DNA of 64,000 nucleotides from Candidatus Desulfobacillus denitrificans (GCA_017347485.1 AP021857.1:1219390-1283389), one strand, 5' to 3'; positions 29,905 to 39,823 are shown, counted from the stretch's first letter. Notes: generated by a model from the sequence alone, not told the origin. Numbers and translations: made by a program.

Positions 29905-31776
29905 ATGTCGCTTACGGAAGCGGTGAAGGAGGCAGGAGAGACGCGCGGCGTGGCGTCCCGGCCCGTGGAGGAACTGGACAGCGTCGTGATCCGCTTCGTC
30001 GGCGATTCCGGCGACGGCATGCAATTGACGGGAAACGAGTTTTCCCGCGCCATCGCCAAGGCCGGGCACGACTTCGCGACGCACCCGGACTACCCCTCCG
30101 AGATCCGTGCCCCGACCGGCACCCTGTTCGGGGTCTCCGGCTACCAGATCCAGTTCGCCTCGCGCCAGGTGTTCACCTCCGGCGACGCCCCCGACGTGCT
30201 GGTGGCGATGAACCCGGCGGCGCTGAAGACCAACCTCTCCGACGTCAAGCGCGGCGGCATCGTCATCGCCAACAGCGGCGCCTTCACGGAGGCCAACCTG
30301 GCCAAGGCCGGCTACCAAGGCAACCCCCTCGCGGATGACAGCCTCGACGGCTATCGGATTTACCAGATCGACATTTCCGAACTGACCGCCCACGCCCTGA
30401 AGGGCTCGGGCCTGTCCAAGAAAGAGGTCGGCCGCTGCAAGAACTACTATGCGCTGGGCCTGATGCTCGCCCTCTACAGCCGCCCGCTGGAGAAGGAAGA
30501 GGAGGACATCCGCAGGAAGTTCGCCAAGAAGCCGGAGATTGCCGAAGCCAACGTGCTGGCGCTGCGCGCCGGCTATGCCTACGTCGATGCCACCGAGCTG
30601 TTCGTCACCAGCTACAAGGTGCGCAGCGCCGACATCGCGCCGGGCACCTACCGCAGCCTGACCGGCAACCACGCGGCGGCGCTCGGCTTCGTCGCCGCCT
30701 CGGAGCGCGCCGGCGTGCCGCTGTTCCTCGGTTCCTATCCGATCACGCCGGCCACCGACATCCTGCACGAGCTGTCGGCGCTGAAGCACTTCAACGTCAC
30801 CACCTTCCAGGCCGAGGACGAGATCGCCGGCATCTGCTCGGCCATCGGCGCGGCCTATGGCGGCGTGCTCGGCATGACCACCACCTCCGGCCCCGGCATG
30901 GCGCTGAAGACCGAGGCGCTCGGCCTCGCCGTGATGCTCGAGCTGCCGCTGGTGATCGTGAACGTGCAGCGCGGCGGCCCGTCCACCGGCCTGCCGACCA
31001 AGATCGAGCAGTCCGACCTGCTGCAGGCGGTGTATGGCAGGAACGGCGAGTGCCCGGTTCCGGTGATCGCCGCCCACTCGCCGGCCGACTGCTTCGACTG
31101 CGCCATCGAGGCTTTCCGCCTGGCCGTCAAATACATGACGCCGGTGATCTTCCTCTCCGACGGCGGCATCGGCAATGCCGCCGAACCCTGGCGCATTCCC
31201 GACCCCGATTCGCTGCCGAAGCTGGAGGTGCGCTTCCGCACCGAGTCCGAGGGCTACCAGCCCTACGCCCGCGACGAGCACCTGGCGCGCGCCTGGGTGC
31301 GCCCCGGCACGCCCGGCATGGAGCACCGCGTCGGCGGCCTGGAGAAGGACTTCCTCACCGGCAACATCTCGCACGACCCCATGAACCATCAGCGCATGGT
31401 CGAAGTGCGCGCCGCCAAGGTCGAGGGCATCGCGCAGGACATTCCGCCGACCCGGGTGGAAGGGCCGGCCAGCGGCGACCTGCTCGTCCTCGGCTGGGGC
31501 AGCACCTACGGTTCCATCGTGCAGGCGCGCGAGAAGGCCGCGGCGGAAGGCCGCTCCGTCGCCCACGCGCATCTGCGCCACCTCAATCCGCTGCCGCCCG
31601 ATCTGGGCGACATCCTCAAGCGCTACAAGACGGTGCTGGTGCCGGAAATGAACCTCGGCCAGCTCGCCCGCCTGCTGCGCGAGCGCTACCTGATCGATGT
31701 CGAGCAGCTCAACAAGGTGCAGGGCAAGCCGTTCAAGGTGTCCGAGATCCACGACCGCATCATCGAACTCTGCTGA
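29905..31776 (+). CDS. korA: 2-oxoacid (probably 2-oxoglutarate):ferredoxin oxidoreductase alpha subunit, gamma-alpha fusion
   Basis: GDSGDGMQLTG, YPITPAT, QAEDEIA, TTTSGPG, QRGGPSTG. Confidence 0.9.
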   Translation: MSLTEAVKEAGETRGVASRPVEELDSVVIRFVGDSGDGMQLTGNEFSRAIAKAGHDFATHPDYPSEIRAPTGTLFGVSGYQIQFASRQVFTSGDAPDVLVAMNPAALKTNLSDVKRGGIVIANSGAFTEANLAKAGYQGNPLADDSLDGYRIYQIDISELTAHALKGSGLSKKEVGRCKNYYALGLMLALYSRPLEKEEEDIRRKFAKKPEIAEANVLALRAGYAYVDATELFVTSYKVRSADIAPGTYRSLTGNHAAALGFVAASERAGVPLFLGSYPITPATDILHELSALKHFNVTTFQAEDEIAGICSAIGAAYGGVLGMTTTSGPGMALKTEALGLAVMLELPLVIVNVQRGGPSTGLPTKIEQSDLLQAVYGRNGECPVPVIAAHSPADCFDCAIEAFRLAVKYMTPVIFLSDGGIGNAAEPWRIPDPDSLPKLEVRFRTESEGYQPYARDEHLARAWVRPGTPGMEHRVGGLEKDFLTGNISHDPMNHQRMVEVRAAKVEGIAQDIPPTRVEGPASGDLLVLGWGSTYGSIVQAREKAAAEGRSVAHAHLRHLNPLPPDLGDILKRYKTVLVPEMNLGQLARLLRERYLIDVEQLNKVQGKPFKVSEIHDRIIELC

Positions 31777-31788
31777 GGAAGAGCCGAC

Positions 31789-33083
<1,295 letters not shown>

Positions 33084-33122
33084 TGGGATAATCGCGCGGT
33101 CACCTGCCGCGCGAGGCCTCCC

Positions 33123-34268
33123 ATGCCGGTCCCCGCATCAGTCTCCGATTACCGCCTGCTGGCCGAGCGGCGCCTGCCGCGCGCCTTCTTCGACTACATC
33201 GACGGCGGCGCCTACAACGAGCTGACGCTCGCCGCCAACCGCAACGACCTCGACGCCCTGCGCCTGCACCAGCGCGTGCTGCGCGGCGCCGCCAACATCG
33301 ACACCTCCACCGCCGTGCTCGGCGAGCGGCTCGCCCAGCCGGTGATCCTCGCTCCGATCGGGCTGGCCGGGCTCTACGCACGCCGCGGCGAGGTGCAGGC
33401 GGCGCGCGCGGCGCATGCGGCCGGCGTGCCCTTCTGCCTCAGCACCGTCTCCATCTGCTCCATCGAGGAAGTCAGTGCCGCCGGCACGGCGCCGTTCTGG
33501 TTCCAGCTCTACGTCATCCGCGACCGCGGCTACGCCAAAGAACTGCTCGCCCGCGCCCAGGCCGCCGGCAGCAGGACGCTGGTGTTCACCGTCGACCTGC
33601 CGGTGTTCGCCACGCGCTACCGCGACGTGAGAAACGGCATGACCGGCGGCGCCACGCTGGCCGGCCGCCTGGCGAAGCTGTGGGACATCCTCCGCCACGC
33701 CGGCTGGCTGCTCGACGTGCCCGTCGGCGGCAAGCCGCTCACCTTCGGCAACCTCGCCCAGGCCGTGCCCTCGGCGAAGAGCCTCGAGGCGATGAAAGTC
33801 TGGGTCGATGCCCAGTTCGATCCGTCGATCACCTGGCACGACCTCGGCTGGCTGCGCGAGCACTGGAACGGCAACATCGTCATCAAGGGCGTGCTCGACG
33901 TCGACGACGCGCGCGCCGCCGCCGACATCGGCGCCAGCGGCGTGGTCGTCTCCAACCACGGCGGTCGCCAGCTCGACGGGGCGCCGTCCTCCGTCTCCGT
34001 CCTGCCGCGCATCGTCGACGCCGTCGGCGACCGGCTGGACGTCCTCATGGACGGCGGCATCCGCAGCGGCCAGGACGTCGCCAAGGCCCTCGCGCTCGGC
34101 GCCAAAGCCGTCATGCTTGGCCGCCCCTGGGCCTACGGCCTTGCCGCCAGGGGGGAGCGGGGCGTCGCCGAAGTCCTCGCCATCCTGAAGCGGGAACTCG
34201 AAGTGACCATGGCGCTGCTCGGCGTCGAGCGCATCGACCGGATCGGGGCAGGGGCGCTGGACAGGTAG
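33123..34268 (+). CDS. lldD: FMN-dependent alpha-hydroxy acid dehydrogenase, L-lactate dehydrogenase-like
   Basis: YIDGGA, YARRGEVQAA, SNHGGRQLD, DGGIRSG. Confidence 0.85.
   Translation: MPVPASVSDYRLLAERRLPRAFFDYIDGGAYNELTLAANRNDLDALRLHQRVLRGAANIDTSTAVLGERLAQPVILAPIGLAGLYARRGEVQAARAAHAAGVPFCLSTVSICSIEEVSAAGTAPFWFQLYVIRDRGYAKELLARAQAAGSRTLVFTVDLPVFATRYRDVRNGMTGGATLAGRLAKLWDILRHAGWLLDVPVGGKPLTFGNLAQAVPSAKSLEAMKVWVDAQFDPSITWHDLGWLREHWNGNIVIKGVLDVDDARAAADIGASGVVVSNHGGRQLDGAPSSVSVLPRIVDAVGDRLDVLMDGGIRSGQDVAKALALGAKAVMLGRPWAYGLAARGERGVAEVLAILKRELEVTMALLGVERIDRIGAGALDR
33468..33491 (+). repeat. Bipartite motif, two mismatches, in lldD
   Basis: GAAGTCAGTG CCGCCGGC ACGGCG; encodes EVSAAGTA. Confidence 0.7.
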
Positions 34269-34277
34269 CGTCCCGGA

Positions 34278-34301
34278 AAAGTCAGTCCGCGCAGGACGGC
34301 G
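34278..34301 (+). repeat. Bipartite motif, perfect, just after lldD
   Basis: AAAGTCAGTC CGCGCAGG ACGGCG. Confidence 0.9.
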
Positions 34302-34309
34302 CTGCGCCC

Positions 34310-34459
34310 CTGATCGGGGCGCGCAAGAAACCCGGCCTTTCCCAGCCGCAGTTCGCGGCGCCGATCGGCGTTTCCGTGCGCACCCTGCAAGGCCGGGAGC
34401 AGGGCCGCAAGCAGCCGAGCGGGGCCGCCCGCCCCCTGCTGGCGGTCGCCGGGAAATGA
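34310..34459 (+). pseudogene. Remnant of an XRE/HigA-type helix-turn-helix gene
   Basis: Frame reads ARKKPGLSQPQFAAPIGVSVRTLQGREQGRKQPSGAARPLL; no start codon, and the usual W of WEQG is R. Confidence 0.7.
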
Positions 34460-34491
34460 TGGCTCGGTTTGCTGCGGACAGGCGGCAGGCA

Positions 34492-34515
34492 AAAGTCAGT
34501 CTGCGTGGCACGGCG
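34492..34515 (+). repeat. Bipartite motif, perfect, intergenic
   Basis: AAAGTCAGTC TGCGTGGC ACGGCG. Confidence 0.9.
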
Positions 34516-34760
34516 AAGCGGTGCTTTCGGCCAGGAGCGGCCGCCCGCAGTTGCCATCCCATTTGCGTAGTGGCAGCATGAGGGACGGCAAGCAGCAAAA
34601 GGCGGCGTGCGCGATTTCGTTAATGATTTGGGCGCTACGAAATATGGCTAACCGGTTGATGTGTCGATACTCGAATACCAGTAAGATCTTTTTAGCCATC
34701 GCAAATGATGCAAAACAATCCGTCGTTTAGGCCGCACACTTCTCGTTGGGCCTCACACCT

Positions 34761-35153
34761 ATGAAGCCACGCCACCTACTTATACTTGCGGCAACGCTTG
34801 TGCTGTCTTTGCCGGCGGATGCAAGAGATACCGCAAGACAGTTTCTCGGTCGCTGTGAAATGCTCGAAAGCTCGCCTTCCACAGTAGGCCCGAGCGATCG
34901 TCAGTTCTTCGCCGGCTATTGCATCGGGGTAATCCAGGGTGTTTCAGACGGTGCAACCTATGCGGTCAATTTCATGCGCGGCTCAGGCCGCCTACGTGAA
35001 TCACGCGATCTATTCTGCATTCCACCCGAAGTACCTAAAGGCAAGATTGCGAAGGTTCTGATCGACTATGGCAAAAGACATCCTGAACTGCTGGATGGGC
35101 CTGACATAGCTCTCATCCCGCTCGCTCTTGCGGAGACCTACCCATGCAAATAG
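34761..35153 (+). CDS. Secreted Rap1a/Tai-like immunity protein
   Basis: Signal peptide; GYCIGVIQGVSD, FCIP, YGKRHPELL, LALAETYPC pattern recognised from the Rap1a family. Confidence 0.72.
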   Translation: MKPRHLLILAATLVLSLPADARDTARQFLGRCEMLESSPSTVGPSDRQFFAGYCIGVIQGVSDGATYAVNFMRGSGRLRESRDLFCIPPEVPKGKIAKVLIDYGKRHPELLDGPDIALIPLALAETYPCK

Positions 35154-35653
35154 TCACCGCCTGGAGGAACATCTTGTTAGCCCTACGTCGATTTGCGCCT
35201 TCAATTTTTCTTGCGTCGTTGCTTTGGCTATCCACCGCGAACGCGGCAGACAACTCAACATTCTCCGTCAGTCTCGCGGGTGTCCATCCCGTGCTTTGGA
35301 GCGACTTCGATCCACTCAAGAAGAACATGTCCGCATGCATATCCGACGGAAAGATGAATTCGCCAATCTGCCAGAAGGTTCAGGACACTATGGCTGTTCA
35401 ACTTTCTGACGCATTGCTACACGCGGTCATGACCAATGCCACCGCGAGGGGCGCTGAACCACGCTTCTGCGACACCTATGCACTTGAGCTAGTCAAGAAA
35501 CAGAGGCAAGGCGATCAAGCCGCTTATGCCATATTGCTGATCGATGGGCAAATCAAGTATGGCTCGGCGCTCTACGGAAAAGACCTACCCGGAACGTATC
35601 TAGCAAAACTGGTGTTTGACGCTTTAGTGAACCAGAGTCCATGCAAGCAGTGA
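35144..35653 (+). CDS. Hypothetical secreted Cys-containing protein; alternative TTG start at 35174 after GGAGG
   Basis: Signal peptide ending ANA-A; four Cys; C-terminus LVFDALVNQSPCK. Confidence 0.7.
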   Translation: MQIVTAWRNILLALRRFAPSIFLASLLWLSTANAADNSTFSVSLAGVHPVLWSDFDPLKKNMSACISDGKMNSPICQKVQDTMAVQLSDALLHAVMTNATARGAEPRFCDTYALELVKKQRQGDQAAYAILLIDGQIKYGSALYGKDLPGTYLAKLVFDALVNQSPCKQ

Positions 35654-35662
35654 ATCCGCGAG

Positions 35663-35729
35663 GCCCAACCCATCATTCCACCGGACCTGCGCGAAAATCC
35701 GCGCAGGCCGGTGAATTCAAACGTTAATC
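35663..35729 (+). mobile_element. attC recombination site (67 bp)
   Basis: GCCCAAC-CCATC-ATTC(C)ACCGG(A)CCTGCGCG-AAAATC-CGCGCAGGCCGGTGAAT-TCAAAC-GTT; unpaired C and A correspond to extrahelical G and T on the bottom strand. Confidence 0.9.
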
Positions 35730-35756
35730 TTCCGCCCAGAGCCGAAACCCCTCTCC

Positions 35757-35780
35757 CGCCGTCCCGCAGGGACTGAATTT
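35757..35780 (-). repeat. Bipartite motif, one mismatch, between attC and the FNR box
   Basis: AAATTCAGTC CCTGCGGG ACGGCG. Confidence 0.8.
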
Positions 35781-35784
35781 CCGC

Positions 35785-35798
35785 TTGATCAGAATCAA
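35785..35798. promoter_or_regulatory. FNR-type box
   Basis: Perfect TTGAT-CAGA-ATCAA upstream of the CoA-ligase-like gene. Confidence 0.8.
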
Positions 35799-35799
35799 C

Positions 35800-35838
35800 T
35801 GATACAGATGCTCCGATTGTCCGCATAATTCTGTATCT
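35800..35838. promoter_or_regulatory. PaaX/PadR-like operator
   Basis: TGATAC-N27-GTATCT (GATACAG/CTGTATC inverted repeat); similar site at 39865. Confidence 0.55.
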
Positions 35839-35921
35839 GTTATAGTGTCCCGCTGCTGCGCGGCCACTATAACCACACCCATTGCCGCGCCTCGGACGCG
35901 ATTCATCGGGAGGACGGTATC

Positions 35922-38003
35922 TTGAGCGAAACCATTGTGGCGCAGGCTGCCGGGCTGTTCCGCCAGGCGGCGGGGCAGGGACGCAACGCGCTCGACGCGG
36001 GCGAATTGAAGACGCTGCTGGCGGGGCTCGGCCTGGCTTTCGACGCCGCCGCGCCGGCCGGGGCGGCCGACATCCGGATCAGCCTGAACAGCACGCGCGA
36101 GTTCGGCATGGTGATCAGCGCCGGGCTGGGCGGACTGGAGGCGGAGCTCGACGAAGGCAACTTCCGCCGCGACCGCGCCTCCGTGTATGCCGCCGCGGCG
36201 CTGACCGACGCGCGCGATTTCCTCGGCCTCTTCAAGCGCACCCTTGCCTGGCAGAAACTCGCCGCCATTGCGAAGCGCGTCGGCGCGGCATCGCCCGATG
36301 CGGCGCTGGAAGCCTGTTTCGCGCAACTGCTGGCGCTGGCGAAAGCCTTCGCGCCGGAAAATCCCGACGCGCCCTTCGTGCTGCAGGCGCTGGAACTGAA
36401 TCCGGTGCAGGCCGGCGCGGCGCTGACGGCGGGCGGCGCGGCGTGTTCCTTCGCTCCGCCGCAGCCGGGCCGCCTGCCGCGGCCGATCGCCAAGATCGAC
36501 AAGCTGATCCACCCGAAGCGCATCGGCCTCATCGGCGTCTCCGGCAGCGGCATGAATTTCGGCCGCATCATCCTGCGCAACCTGATGGGCAGCGGCTACC
36601 CGAAGGAGCAGCTGCTGGTGCTCAAGCCGGGCGAGACGGAGATCGACGGCGTGAAATGCGTCGAGGGCCTGAAGGCCATCGACGGCAAGCTCGACCTGCT
36701 CATCGTCGCGGTGGCGGCGAGCGCGGTGTATGAGCTGGTGGACGAGATCATCGCCTCCGACGCCGTCGAGGCGGTGATGCTGATCCCCGGCAGCATGGGC
36801 GAGACGAAGAAGAGCCGCGAGCCGGCGGCGCAGCTCGCGGCGCGCATCAACGCCGCCCACGGCAAGGCGGGCGGCGGGCCGATCTTCCTCGGCGCCAACT
36901 GCCTCGGCGTGGTGTCGCACCCGGGCGCCTACGACTCCTGGTTCATTCCGCTCGAGCGCCTGCCCAAGCCGCAGAAGCGGCCGGTGCGCGATTCCGCGAT
37001 GCTGTCGCAGAGCGGCGCCTTCATGATCACGCGCCTGTCGCAGAATCCCTGGCTCGATCCGGCCTACATGCTGGCGCTGGGCAACCAGACCGATCTCACC
37101 CATGGCGACATGCTGAGCTACTTTGCCGCGCTGCCCGGCATCAAGTCGCTCGGCATCTACATCGAGGGCTTCAAGGACCTCGACGGCCTGCACTTCGCCA
37201 GGGCGGTGCGGAAGGCCGTGCTCAACGGCAAGCAGATCGTGGTGTACAAGTCCGGCCGCACGGCGCCGGGACAGGGCGGGGTGATGGGCCACACGGCGTC
37301 GATCGCCGGCGGGCTGACGCTGTTCGAGTCCGTCGTGCGCCACGCCGGCGCCATCGTCACCGAAGACTTCAACACCTTCGACGACCTCTTCTACATGGCC
37401 GGCGTGCTGCAGGACAAGAAAATCGGCGGCAACCGCATGGGCGCCATCAGCGGGGCCGGCTTCGAGGCCGTCGGCATGGCCGACAACATCGAGACCGATG
37501 GCTTCGCCATGGAGATGGGCGCGCTCGAGGAGGCCACGGTGAAGAAGGTCGAGGCCATCCTCGCCGCCAACAAGCTCGACCAGCTGGTCGAGGTGAGGAA
37601 TCCCATCGACATCAATCCGGGCGCCGACGACGTGGCGCACCTCGAGATCACCGAGGCCTTCCTGCAGGATCCGAACATCGACGCCGTCATCGTCGGCCTC
37701 GACCCGACCGCGCCCTCGGTGCGCGCGCTGGAAACCAGCAAGCTGCGCCCCGGCCACGACCTGAGCGACCCGAAGAGCACGGTGCACCTGATGCCGCCGC
37801 TGGCCGCGCGCCACGACAAGCCGGTGATCGGCATCCTCGACGGCGGCAAGCTCTACGACGCCATGGCCGCCATGCTGATGGACCGCGGCGTCTGCTGCTT
37901 CCGCAACTGCGCGCGCGGCGCCAGGGCGCTGGTGCGCTACGTGCAGGCGCGCCTGTATGCCGATTACCTGAAGGACCGCCGTCCCGGCGGGACTGACTTT
38001 TGA
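35922..38003 (+). CDS. ADP-forming acyl-CoA synthetase (acetate-CoA ligase) family protein with a shortened N-terminal ATP-grasp region
   Basis: FGMVISAGLGG and LELNP ATP-grasp remnants, HPKRIGLIGVS CoA-binding domain, GANCLG, SQSG, MGHTASIAG phospho-His motif, NPIDI. Confidence 0.8.
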   Translation: MSETIVAQAAGLFRQAAGQGRNALDAGELKTLLAGLGLAFDAAAPAGAADIRISLNSTREFGMVISAGLGGLEAELDEGNFRRDRASVYAAAALTDARDFLGLFKRTLAWQKLAAIAKRVGAASPDAALEACFAQLLALAKAFAPENPDAPFVLQALELNPVQAGAALTAGGAACSFAPPQPGRLPRPIAKIDKLIHPKRIGLIGVSGSGMNFGRIILRNLMGSGYPKEQLLVLKPGETEIDGVKCVEGLKAIDGKLDLLIVAVAASAVYELVDEIIASDAVEAVMLIPGSMGETKKSREPAAQLAARINAAHGKAGGGPIFLGANCLGVVSHPGAYDSWFIPLERLPKPQKRPVRDSAMLSQSGAFMITRLSQNPWLDPAYMLALGNQTDLTHGDMLSYFAALPGIKSLGIYIEGFKDLDGLHFARAVRKAVLNGKQIVVYKSGRTAPGQGGVMGHTASIAGGLTLFESVVRHAGAIVTEDFNTFDDLFYMAGVLQDKKIGGNRMGAISGAGFEAVGMADNIETDGFAMEMGALEEATVKKVEAILAANKLDQLVEVRNPIDINPGADDVAHLEITEAFLQDPNIDAVIVGLDPTAPSVRALETSKLRPGHDLSDPKSTVHLMPPLAARHDKPVIGILDGGKLYDAMAAMLMDRGVCCFRNCARGARALVRYVQARLYADYLKDRRPGGTDF
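37977..38000 (-). repeat. Bipartite motif, perfect, last codons of the CoA-ligase-like gene
   Basis: AAAGTCAGTC CCGCCGGG ACGGCG; encodes RRPGGTDF-stop. Confidence 0.9.
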
Positions 38004-38018
38004 GACGAGGAAACTGAC

Positions 38019-38423
38019 ATGAGCGACACCCTGCAACCCGGACTCACCGCCACCACCCGCATCGACGTCGACGCCCATCGCACCATCGGCTTCATGGGCG
38101 AGGAACTGCGCGTGTATTCGACGCCGAGCCTGCTCTACGACGTCGAGGTGGCCTGCCGCGAGCTGGTCCTGCCGCACCTCGGCGAGGGCAAGGATACGGT
38201 CGGCACCCGCGTCGAGCTGGACCACGTCGGCGCCACCCTGCTCGGCATGTGGGTGGAGATCAGCGTCAAGCTGGCGGAAGTCAACGGGCCGGCGCTGACC
38301 TACGAATTCACCGCGCGCGATGCGGTCGAGGAAGTGGCGCGCGGCAAGCACAGCCGCTTCGTCGTCGGGCTGGAGAAGACGGCGCAGCGCATGAAGGCGA
38401 AGCAGGCGAAGGCGGCGGGCTGA
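38019..38423 (+). CDS. Fluoroacetyl-CoA thioesterase (FlK)-like hotdog thioesterase
   Basis: VYSTPSLL, TVGTRVELDHVGATLLG, GKHSRFVV. Confidence 0.85.
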   Translation: MSDTLQPGLTATTRIDVDAHRTIGFMGEELRVYSTPSLLYDVEVACRELVLPHLGEGKDTVGTRVELDHVGATLLGMWVEISVKLAEVNGPALTYEFTARDAVEEVARGKHSRFVVGLEKTAQRMKAKQAKAAG

Positions 38424-38426
38424 TCC

Positions 38427-38494
38427 GTCATCCCCGCGCAAGCGGGGATCCATGGTTTTCTGCGTTGTTCTGGATTCCCGCTTGCGCGGGAATC
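38427..38494. repeat. REP/REPIN-like palindromic doublet, copy B
   Basis: GTCATCCCCGCGCAAGCGGGGATCCA...TGGATTCCCGCTTGCGCGGGAATC between convergent genes. Confidence 0.8.
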
Positions 38495-38499
38495 GTTCT

Positions 38500-39783
38500 T
38501 TACCGCTTGTCCACCACCCGCCGCGCCTTGCCGAGCGGACGCTCGATGCTGGCGGCCGGCACCACGCGCACCCTGGCGGAAATCCCGATCAGCGACTTGA
38601 TGCGGTGCTGCAATTCGGCGGCGGCCCGGTTGCGCGCGGCTTCGCCGTCGGCCCCGGGCCGCATTTCCACCTGCACCTCGATCTCGTCCCGGTGCTGCGG
38701 GCGCGTCACTTCGATGAGGTAGTGCGGGGCGAGGGCGGCGCTGCGCAGGACCAGTTCCTCGATCTGGCCGGGGAAGACGTTCACGCCGCGGATGATCAGC
38801 ATGTCGTCGGAGCGGCCGGCGAACTTGTCGAGCCGGCGCATCGGCCGCGCCGTGCCGGGCAATAGCCGCGTCAGGTCGCGCGTGCGATAGCGGATCAGCG
38901 GCAGGGCCTCCTTGCTCAGCGTGGTGAGCACCAGTTCGCCGAATTCCCCGTCGGGCAGCACCTCGCCGCTGGCCGGGTCGATGATCTCGGGGTAGAAGTG
39001 GTCCTCCCAGATGTGCGGGCCGTCCCGGGTGTCGATGCATTCCGCCGCCACGCCCGGGCCGATCACTTCGGACAGGCCGTAGCTCTCGATGACAGCGAGG
39101 TTCAGTTGCGCCTCGGCGAGCGCTCGCAGCTCGCGCGTGCAGGGCTCGCCGCCGACGAGCGCCAGCTCCAGGCCGCTCGAGGCGGGATCGATGCCCTGCT
39201 CGGCGAAGCCGTCGGCCAGCGTCAGCAGGTAGGAAGGCGTGCAGCAGATGATGCGCGGCCGGAAGTCCATGATGAGCCGGACCTGCCGTTCGGTCTGACC
39301 GCCCGAAATCGGAATGACGGTGCAGCCGAGGCGCTCGGCGCCGTAATGGAAGCCCAGCCCGCCGGTGAACAGGCCGTAGCCATAGGCGTTGTGCAGCAGA
39401 TCGCCCGGCCGGCCGCCGGCGGCGTGGATCGAACGCGCCATCACGCTCGCCCACAGGTCGAGGTCGGCCTGCGTGTAGCCGACCACCGTCGGCTTGCCGG
39501 TGGTGCCGCTGGAGGCGTGCAGGCGCACGACCTTTTCGCGCGGCACGGCGAACAGGCCGAAGGGATAGGCTTCGCGCAGGTCGGCCTTGGACGAAAAGGG
39601 AAAGCGGGGGAGGTCGGCGAGGCCCTTCAGGTCTTCCGGCCGCACGCCGGCCGCCTCGAACTTGCGCCGCAGCGGGGCGACGTTGCGCCAGGCATGGTGC
39701 AGGGTGTTTTTCAGGCGCTCGAGCTGGAGGGCGGCCAGCTCGGCCCGGCTGGCGCGCTCGATGGCTTCGTATACTTCACTCAT
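38500..39783 (-). CDS. paaK: Phenylacetate--CoA ligase (AMP-forming)
   Basis: YPFGLFAVP, HASSGTTGKPTVVGYT, AYGYGLFTGGLG, YGLSEVIGPG, GRSDDMLIIRGVN. Confidence 0.93.
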   Translation of the reverse strand: MSEVYEAIERASRAELAALQLERLKNTLHHAWRNVAPLRRKFEAAGVRPEDLKGLADLPRFPFSSKADLREAYPFGLFAVPREKVVRLHASSGTTGKPTVVGYTQADLDLWASVMARSIHAAGGRPGDLLHNAYGYGLFTGGLGFHYGAERLGCTVIPISGGQTERQVRLIMDFRPRIICCTPSYLLTLADGFAEQGIDPASSGLELALVGGEPCTRELRALAEAQLNLAVIESYGLSEVIGPGVAAECIDTRDGPHIWEDHFYPEIIDPASGEVLPDGEFGELVLTTLSKEALPLIRYRTRDLTRLLPGTARPMRRLDKFAGRSDDMLIIRGVNVFPGQIEELVLRSAALAPHYLIEVTRPQHRDEIEVQVEMRPGADGEAARNRAAAELQHRIKSLIGISARVRVVPAASIERPLGKARRVVDKR

Positions 39784-39823
39784 TTTCAACAGTTTAACGC
39801 ATAAACGGTGAAATCCTCCCTGT

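Larger units (their letters stand above)
34746..35723 (+). mobile_element. Integron gene cassette (two ORFs) without an adjacent integrase
   Basis: Core site G/TTGGGC at 34745-34751 is the exact complement of inverse core GCCCAAC at 35663; visibly lower GC; closed by attC. Confidence 0.85.

Noticed and set aside
33123-34268. Alpha-hydroxy acid dehydrogenase as a mandelate dehydrogenase feeding phenylglyoxylate
   Set aside because: The sequence reads closest to LldD as I recall it; proximity alone is insufficient. A phylogeny with MdlB would decide.
34496-34730. Small ORFs 34496-34699 (-) and 34521-34730 (+) as an integrase remnant or genes
   Set aside because: No tyrosine-recombinase similarity and no recognisable motifs.
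34647-34732. GGCTAAC ... GTTTAGGC as a second attC, or AAAACAA...GTTTAGGC as an attI remnant
   Set aside because: I could not fold a convincing L/R stem with extrahelical bases, and no intI is upstream; kept only as a possibility for a covariance-model scan.
35176-35182. GTTAGCC as a cassette boundary between the two cassette ORFs
   Set aside because: No inverse core or hairpin precedes it, and it lies inside ORF2; the matching 34745/35663 cores indicate a single two-gene cassette.
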